Source: a candidate division WWE3 bacterium RIFOXYB1_FULL_43_24
GTDB taxonomy: Bacteria; Patescibacteriota; WWE3; UBA101185; UBA10185
Length of the DNA stretch: 64,000 nt
Reading direction: 5' to 3'
NCBI GenBank assembly: GCA_001773135.1
Contig: MEVX01000008.1
Span: forward strand, 25,992-89,991
In this document: piece by piece, positions 58,490-64,000 of the stretch
Layout of the letters: each line of letters begins with the position of its first letter
Position numbering within the stretch: position 1 is the stretch's first letter
The notes under the pieces: model-generated
Told to the model about the DNA's origin: nothing
Databases searched by the model: none
Seen by the model: only the letters and a program-made list of their open reading frames with translations
Made by a program: the position numbers and the translations under genes

Positions 58490-59956
58490 TTATTTGTCCT
58501 CTTCTATTGTCAGTGCCACACTAACGCTTACCATCTTATCTTCTAGAAGAATTCCCTCGGGTAACAACAACTTTACCGGTAGAACTGTAGACTCGTTTTT
58601 GTCAGATAGATCTATCGGTTCTGTGGATATTTCAGTTGAAGCTTCTATTCCTTCCGGAACCCAAACTTTCAAAGATTTAGGTTCAGCTTCTGCTCCTTTC
58701 AGGGCAAGATCAGCTTTAAGTTTTCCTGCCGTTTTCACGGAAATGGGTATTTCTGCGGGATAATATTTTTGCGCAGTCAGGAGTAGTGTGGATGGTTCGA
58801 ACGAAATGATAGAAAAATTTGCCGGCCCCGTAATAAGATTTTTTGATATTTGCAGTTTATTTATGCCGCTCTGTAAGTTGGATAAGTCAAGATTAATTTT
58901 AAAATCCTTAACCGCTATATCTTTAAAAGAATCTTCTCCTCTTGTTGAAACCTTTATTTTTAATTCTTTAGGACTATATTCCTGAATGATGATGTTTTTA
59001 GGTACCTTTAAATTGTCAAAGGGCACGTTGTAAGTTTTCTCAACGATACCTGCCTGGTAGGCAGCAAAAAACCATATTATGCCTGCAACTGTCAGAGAAC
59101 CCAGGCGCAGCAAAAAGTCCTCTTTAATTATCTTTTTCAGTTTGCTCTCTTTAACATTTTTTGAAAATTTAGCTTTAATATACTTTTCGAATTCTTTTTC
59201 AAGGTCGGTGAATTCCTGTAGCGTTTTTAATTTACCGTCTTTGGATATAGAGATTTTCCCGTTTTCTTCGGATACTACTATGGCAAATGCGTCCGTTAGT
59301 TCGGTAATTCCTAATGCAGCACTGTGACGTGTACCGTGTTTTCCTATTTCTTTAAAGTTTGTAGATAACGGTAGGTGAGTAGCGAATTTTGAAACTCTGT
59401 TGTTGCTAATAATCAAGGCCCCGTCGTGTCCGTAAGAGCGGGGTTCAAAAATACTTGAAATCAACTCTTCAGAAATTACCCCATCCAAAGGGACACCGCC
59501 GTCAACAAACTGGTCCAGACTGTCTTTTCCCTGCACTACTATTAATACACCGATTTTTGCCTGCGCCATTTTTACACACGCCTGAATAATTTCTGAGGTG
59601 GTCGGAGACCTTGTTGCTAAAGGAAGTACCTTCAGCTGCCTCGAACCAATAAGACCCAGAAACTCGAAGTACCTTCTTATTTCATTTTGGAAAATAATGA
59701 CAAATATCAGAACCGACACACCTATAAAATATTTCAAGGCTAATAATGTGACATAAAGGTTAAAACTCTTTGCAAAAAGATACAACGTCGCTGCAATCGC
59801 CAGGCCCAAAAACACCATTAAAGTTTTGGTGTTGCGGAGGAAAAGAAACAACGAGTATATGAGGAGAGCTACTATCAGGATGTCGAAAAAGTCTGTAATA
59901 TAAAGGTTTCCTTTAAGTTTCACAAGGTTGTTGAGAACGCTGAACATACTGAACAT
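58490..59956 (-). CDS. cdaA: Diadenylate cyclase CdaA fused to a YbbR/CdaR-like C-terminal region
   Basis: 3 N-terminal TM helices. DAC domain motifs DGALIISNN and GTRHSAALG (RHR variant). These are followed by about 230 aa of beta-rich repeats resembling YbbR. Confidence 0.75.
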   Translation of the reverse strand: MFSMFSVLNNLVKLKGNLYITDFFDILIVALLIYSLFLFLRNTKTLMVFLGLAIAATLYLFAKSFNLYVTLLALKYFIGVSVLIFVIIFQNEIRRYFEFLGLIGSRQLKVLPLATRSPTTSEIIQACVKMAQAKIGVLIVVQGKDSLDQFVDGGVPLDGVISEELISSIFEPRSYGHDGALIISNNRVSKFATHLPLSTNFKEIGKHGTRHSAALGITELTDAFAIVVSEENGKISISKDGKLKTLQEFTDLEKEFEKYIKAKFSKNVKESKLKKIIKEDFLLRLGSLTVAGIIWFFAAYQAGIVEKTYNVPFDNLKVPKNIIIQEYSPKELKIKVSTRGEDSFKDIAVKDFKINLDLSNLQSGINKLQISKNLITGPANFSIISFEPSTLLLTAQKYYPAEIPISVKTAGKLKADLALKGAEAEPKSLKVWVPEGIEASTEISTEPIDLSDKNESTVLPVKLLLPEGILLEDKMVSVSVALTIEEDK

Positions 59957-60059
59957 GGCTTGATTTTAACAGTAATTAGTCGATCGTGGCTAGGTGTAAT
60001 AGTGTTTGACAGATTTTCGTTTATTGACAATGTAGGGGCTACTAAATACCATTATATTT

Positions 60060-60371
60060 ATGGCAGAAAGATTTAACTCTGACAGCACCGAAACGTTTAC
60101 GGCCACTGATGGAACTGAAGGTTGGCTAGGCCGCGCTCCCACGCAGGAAGAACTCGCAAAAGATAGCAGAAAACAAGCCGAGGCTAACGAAAGTATGAGA
60201 AATCAAATAGCAGCTAGGGAGGAAAAACTCGGTATTGCACAGCCCCCAACTAAAGAATTGATTGATAGTTTGCAGTCCGAATTCGATGTAATAGAGCCTG
60301 AGACACACGAAGAGAAAAAACCTGATACGGATGAGGTTATCGCAGAGTTAAGAGAACTTTTCAAAAATTAA
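60060..60371 (+). CDS. Hypothetical acidic protein (103 aa)
   Basis: ORF only. Divergent from cdaA. Confidence 0.4.
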   Translation: MAERFNSDSTETFTATDGTEGWLGRAPTQEELAKDSRKQAEANESMRNQIAAREEKLGIAQPPTKELIDSLQSEFDVIEPETHEEKKPDTDEVIAELRELFKN

Positions 60372-60842
60372 GCTTTATTATCTACAGGAGTTCGTGTTTT
60401 CTAGCGTTTTTTATTCAACTTTCGAATGTTCGGTTATATATTCTTTATTCATCCGGGAGCTTTTTAAAAGCACTTTTTTTGGGTCGTCGTATGTTTTTTT
60501 AAGACGTTTTTTCGGCTGTCAGGACGCCTCAAACGAAGACCTATAGCATTAGTAATCGTGAATTTGACATCGGCCTCTAGTAATGGCAATATCCTAACCA
60601 AGTGTCAATCCTGTCGCTTAACACTATAGAATTTTTATAACTGCCGCCTTGCCTGTTTGTACATCTCAGCACGTGACCTCTAGGGTTGAAGATGAAGCTG
60701 AGATGGGCACTTTGAAAATTAATGATAGTAGACAGTGAGTACTAGACTAGAGGTTTCTTGTTACGGTAGCTTTTACAATGCTGTAATTCAAGAAATATAA
60801 TTCAGCTTTGTCATAATCACGAATCATACGAAAGGAGATGAT

Positions 60843-61841
60843 ATGGAGGACAGTGAGATTGTTTGGGATAAGCTTCCAAGAGCTCTCAGACCGGGTGTCG
60901 GTGAGGTCCTATTTTGGAAGTTCGCCACTTTTGTTGTGACCGGCGTCACTACAACTATTTTAAGTTGGGCAATCCGGTCAGCCGTACTAAGCATTCTACG
61001 CGGTAGTTTTGGAGTTGCAGGGCAGAGCCTAATCAATGCAGGAAATGTGATGCTTTTCGTGTTTTGGGTGTTTATCTTGGTTTGTTCTTTTGTTGTCATG
61101 TCAGGCGCAACTATTATTCCGTACAACACCGCTTTGGTAACACTTACCTTCGGTAAGTTCAGAAAAGTTCACAAAGCAGGTTATGCATGGACTTTGCCCG
61201 TACTCGAACGTTGGGTAAAATTCGTAGATTTGCGTACTAAGACGCGGGGAGTGACTGCAAACCAGGCACTAACCTCAGACAACATCCCGGTAGACGCTTC
61301 AGCAAACATCTTTTTCCGTGTCTTCGACCCGCTTAAGTCAGTATTTTTGACTGACGATATCGAAGCTTTGCTTCTAGCGCAGGCCGAGATTGCAACGAAA
61401 GACCTACTTTCAGGCTGGTCCGTAATGGCTTTGAATGACCAGCAGGTGAGACAGGAGGCATCTGTAACTTTGCTCGATAAACTTAGCTCGAAAATGGAAC
61501 CTTTTGGGGTTCAAGTGAGCGACGCCCGCTTTTCAGATATTGTTGTGACCGATGAAAAGGTTCAGGACAGTATCATCCGGCAACTTAGGGCGGAGCTTGA
61601 AAAAAGCGCAAGGGTTACTGAGGCTGAGGCCGATACATCAGTAAACAAAACGCTTATAGATTTGATTGAGAGATACCTTCCGGATCTGACCCCTCAGGAG
61701 AAGGCATCTATGATGCTTTCTCTGAGAAAGGAACAAACGAAACAATCGTTTTCCGGATCCTCGAATGTGTTGCCGGTGTTAAACCTGTCGCAAGATGAAA
61801 ACAACCCATCTTTGGGAATCAATCCGATATTAGGAGAATAG
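60843..61841 (+). CDS. SPFH/band-7 (stomatin/prohibitin/HflK-C family) membrane protein
   Basis: Two N-terminal TMs, then the SPFH core (YNTALVTLTFGKFRKVHKAGYAWTLPVLERWVKFVDLRTKT ... NIPVDASANIFFRV) and a C-terminal coiled coil. Confidence 0.8.
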   Translation: MEDSEIVWDKLPRALRPGVGEVLFWKFATFVVTGVTTTILSWAIRSAVLSILRGSFGVAGQSLINAGNVMLFVFWVFILVCSFVVMSGATIIPYNTALVTLTFGKFRKVHKAGYAWTLPVLERWVKFVDLRTKTRGVTANQALTSDNIPVDASANIFFRVFDPLKSVFLTDDIEALLLAQAEIATKDLLSGWSVMALNDQQVRQEASVTLLDKLSSKMEPFGVQVSDARFSDIVVTDEKVQDSIIRQLRAELEKSARVTEAEADTSVNKTLIDLIERYLPDLTPQEKASMMLSLRKEQTKQSFSGSSNVLPVLNLSQDENNPSLGINPILGE

Positions 61842-61850
61842 GAGACTGAA

Positions 61851-62183
61851 ATGGATCAGCTTAACGCGATTAAGGAAGGGCTCGGTGTTTTGGCGGCATT
61901 TTTAATATCGGCCGCCGTGCTAGTGGGTGTGGTTCTTATGGCTTTTAATTTGATTAAGGGCGGCGTCCACAGCACAAAGAAAATTTCTGAAATGCAGGAA
62001 TCTGATGAGGACCAAGGAAGGACCATAAAGTACGGTCTTTTATCTGTACTTGTATTTCTTATCGGGATTCTGTTCATCGGGATTGTTTTCGTGCTCCCCA
62101 GCTTTCAGACTTTCACGACTGCGGGAACTTCCGGCTCCAAATTTCTTGATATGATCTTTAGCATCCTTTCGCTTGGAGCTTAA
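61851..62183 (+). CDS. Small 2-TM membrane protein (110 aa)
   Basis: Two long hydrophobic helices separated by an acidic loop. Starts 10 bp after the SPFH stop. Confidence 0.5.
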   Translation: MDQLNAIKEGLGVLAAFLISAAVLVGVVLMAFNLIKGGVHSTKKISEMQESDEDQGRTIKYGLLSVLVFLIGILFIGIVFVLPSFQTFTTAGTSGSKFLDMIFSILSLGA

Positions 62184-62206
62184 CATGTGTTTGGAAGGGA
62201 GCTGAC

Positions 62207-63709
62207 ATGAAGATAATTCTATTGTCGCTCTTGTTACTTGACACAGGCCCGATCGGCTTATTAATACGTTTCGTAAAGGCGTTTTTTGAGGTCGCCGGTA
62301 ATTGGCCTTCTGGACAACCGTTCAGTATGGATACCATGTTACTGGAAGCTTTCAAAGTCATGGCTTTCCAGGAAGTAGGGATAGCTATCGATGACTTTGT
62401 AATAAACCTTACAAAAACGCCTCAGATTTACGGCACACCTATAGGAGAACTTTTGGGTGTGGGGGTGGCAGTTGTCGCAGCTCCCGTATTAATATTTGCC
62501 GCGGTAAGATTCTGGCGAACTAATGCGGAGACAATAAAGTCGGCTCCTATCGGAGACATGCCCCCGGTCGTAGATACGGCGCGTATGTACGTAAAGTTCG
62601 GTATCCTGTTTTCTATAGCAGGAACCTGCGTATATATAAGTCAGTGGGTTCTGGATCTGTCGTATACCCTGGTTTATGAGTTAGTTCAGGCTTTGTATGG
62701 CGGACAAGGAACATCAGCAGAAACCTGGAGTATTATCGTAGAACGTGTGCTCGAGAAACCTACGATAGAAATGCTCCTAGCTTTGTGGGGTGTAACTGTC
62801 ATTTTAGGGTTGGGTATCGTCGTCGTTCTGTTTTGGAGATTCATAAGATTTCTCTGGGCCAACATAGAGTTTTTTATGTTGGCGGCAAGAACCGTAGACG
62901 ATCCGAACTATAGCCTATGGATACCCATCCTCAGCTACTTAAAATGGCTAACTCTACTAATCCTAACGGTCTTGATTATTCTAATCGGACCAAGATTCAT
63001 AGTCGTATTCACCGGTTTGAATGGTTTTTTCATGGTCTTGGCATTGGGTGTTGTCCTTTACGCCGGGATTAAAATTCCGACGTTGTGCGGTGACTTCATA
63101 GATGTCGAAATTGCACGTATCGAAGGCAACGAAGATATCTCTGTCGATTTCCTGAAACGGGAACGTATCCTGACTTCCAGGATTATCTCCGTGGGGAAAA
63201 AAGCCGTTCAAATAGCATCACCTCAGGCCGGGGTCACTATCGCTACCGCTGAAGAAGTATTACGTGAAGTGAAGAGCGGAAATGTTGAAGAAGCTTACAA
63301 TTCATTCTCACGTAATTTTTCGAAGCACGATGTGGCTACAGAAAACTCAAACCGTGATATTAGCAATGCAGACGAAGGTGTCTCTATCTCCGTTAATACG
63401 GATACTGTAGAAACATCTGAAGCTAGCATCAGTAATTCCGAACCGATACAAGTAAACATAAAGAAATCTACGTCCCCGTTACCGGAGTCGTATATTTCTA
63501 AGATGCTAGAGTTGGATTCCTCGTTACCTAAAAATCAAGCTTTGATAGGTTTGGTTACCGCAAAATACGAAGGTGGGAACGTGGGATCATACGAAAATCT
63601 TCTAGAAGATGCCAGATTCCGCATAGAAAGTCTTTCTTCGGATGACCCTGAGTTTTTAGCTTGGGCGAGTAAAGGAAGAGATGTGGTGTCCAGGATCAAA
63701 GGAGAGTAG
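62207..63709 (+). CDS. Large polytopic membrane protein (about 7 TM in the first 290 aa) with a hydrophilic Ser/Glu-rich C-terminal domain
   Basis: 500 aa. Topology only; no motif recognised. Confidence 0.5.
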   Translation: MKIILLSLLLLDTGPIGLLIRFVKAFFEVAGNWPSGQPFSMDTMLLEAFKVMAFQEVGIAIDDFVINLTKTPQIYGTPIGELLGVGVAVVAAPVLIFAAVRFWRTNAETIKSAPIGDMPPVVDTARMYVKFGILFSIAGTCVYISQWVLDLSYTLVYELVQALYGGQGTSAETWSIIVERVLEKPTIEMLLALWGVTVILGLGIVVVLFWRFIRFLWANIEFFMLAARTVDDPNYSLWIPILSYLKWLTLLILTVLIILIGPRFIVVFTGLNGFFMVLALGVVLYAGIKIPTLCGDFIDVEIARIEGNEDISVDFLKRERILTSRIISVGKKAVQIASPQAGVTIATAEEVLREVKSGNVEEAYNSFSRNFSKHDVATENSNRDISNADEGVSISVNTDTVETSEASISNSEPIQVNIKKSTSPLPESYISKMLELDSSLPKNQALIGLVTAKYEGGNVGSYENLLEDARFRIESLSSDDPEFLAWASKGRDVVSRIKGE

Positions 63710-63711
63710 CC

Positions 63712-64000
63712 ATGCATGTTAAAGAGAAAAAAGGAGTCAGATTTTTTGGTAAAACTTCAAATCTGACTCCTGACGACAATCCGTCGGTTCCGAGACAGCA
63801 GATGATGACTTACAGCCGTAGAAACTACGGAAAATTAGGTCACCTGCTTAGTTACAGGAAAGAACTGCCGGGTGGATATAGTTTCGCAGTTCTTCCTGCA
63901 GTAATTTACCTTTCGGCTTTTGTACTTTGGGTGGCAATTTTAAAACCCTTAGTTACAAGATTGTCGGGAGTTGACGCAACGGTATTCACGCCGTACGTTC
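63712..64000 (+). CDS. Partial ORF (continues beyond the window) encoding a protein with an N-terminal hydrophilic region and a TM helix
   Basis: SD GGAGAG 6 nt upstream of ATG 63712. Starts 3 bp after the stop of the previous gene. Confidence 0.35.
   Translation, partial: MHVKEKKGVRFFGKTSNLTPDDNPSVPRQQMMTYSRRNYGKLGHLLSYRKELPGGYSFAVLPAVIYLSAFVLWVAILKPLVTRLSGVDATVFTPYV

Overview
This 64-kb window reads as one contiguous chromosomal stretch from a bacterium with a moderately AT-rich, compact genome. Nearly all genes abut or overlap by a few bases, many have weak or absent Shine-Dalgarno sequences, and PolA is a short form without the 5' nuclease domain. A Patescibacteria/CPR-like origin is a low-confidence inference; I cannot verify it without a search.

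Gene content, left to right:
- 1-21.4 kb: dedA, lexA (minus strand), then plus-strand uvrB, a hypothetical, a class A PBP, uvrA, a minus-strand secreted transglutaminase-like gene, uvrC, secG, murA, mraY, ftsW, murG, ftsQ-like, ftsA and ftsZ.
- 21.7-30.7 kb: nrdJ with its C-terminal zinc ribbon, a PduO-type cobalamin adenosyltransferase, type-2 ileS, a LytR_C protein, rplU-rpmA, lepB and tRNA-Val.
- 30.8-39.4 kb: a glycan-related accessory cluster. It holds a QueC-like PP-loop protein preceded by perfect 30-bp tandem repeats, a GH18-like and a GH clan-A hydrolase, a Wzx-like flippase, an O-antigen-ligase-like protein, an Ig-domain protein and galU.
- 39.4-41.7 kb: a tRNA island with tRNA-Thr, tRNA-Gly and tRNA-Asp on the minus strand and a LysM protein. 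It also contains two tandem GC-rich 97-bp repeats, each ending in the 3' 21 nt of tRNA-Gly.
- 41.7-54 kb: polX, lemA, a NUDIX gene, htpX, gatC-gatA-(HEPN-like insert)-gatB, short polA, a ClpE-like ATPase and rplS.
- 54-64 kb: a minus-strand operon of signal-peptide proteins, a KsgA/Erm-family methyltransferase, a cdaA-ybbR fusion, and an SPFH protein followed by small and large polytopic membrane proteins.

No CRISPR array, no integrase or transposase, and no rRNA were found. The most unusual signals are the tRNA-Gly 3'-end tandem repeats, the repeat-fronted PP-loop gene in the glycan cluster, the HEPN-like ORF inside gatCAB, the secreted-protein operon and the SPFH/membrane module.
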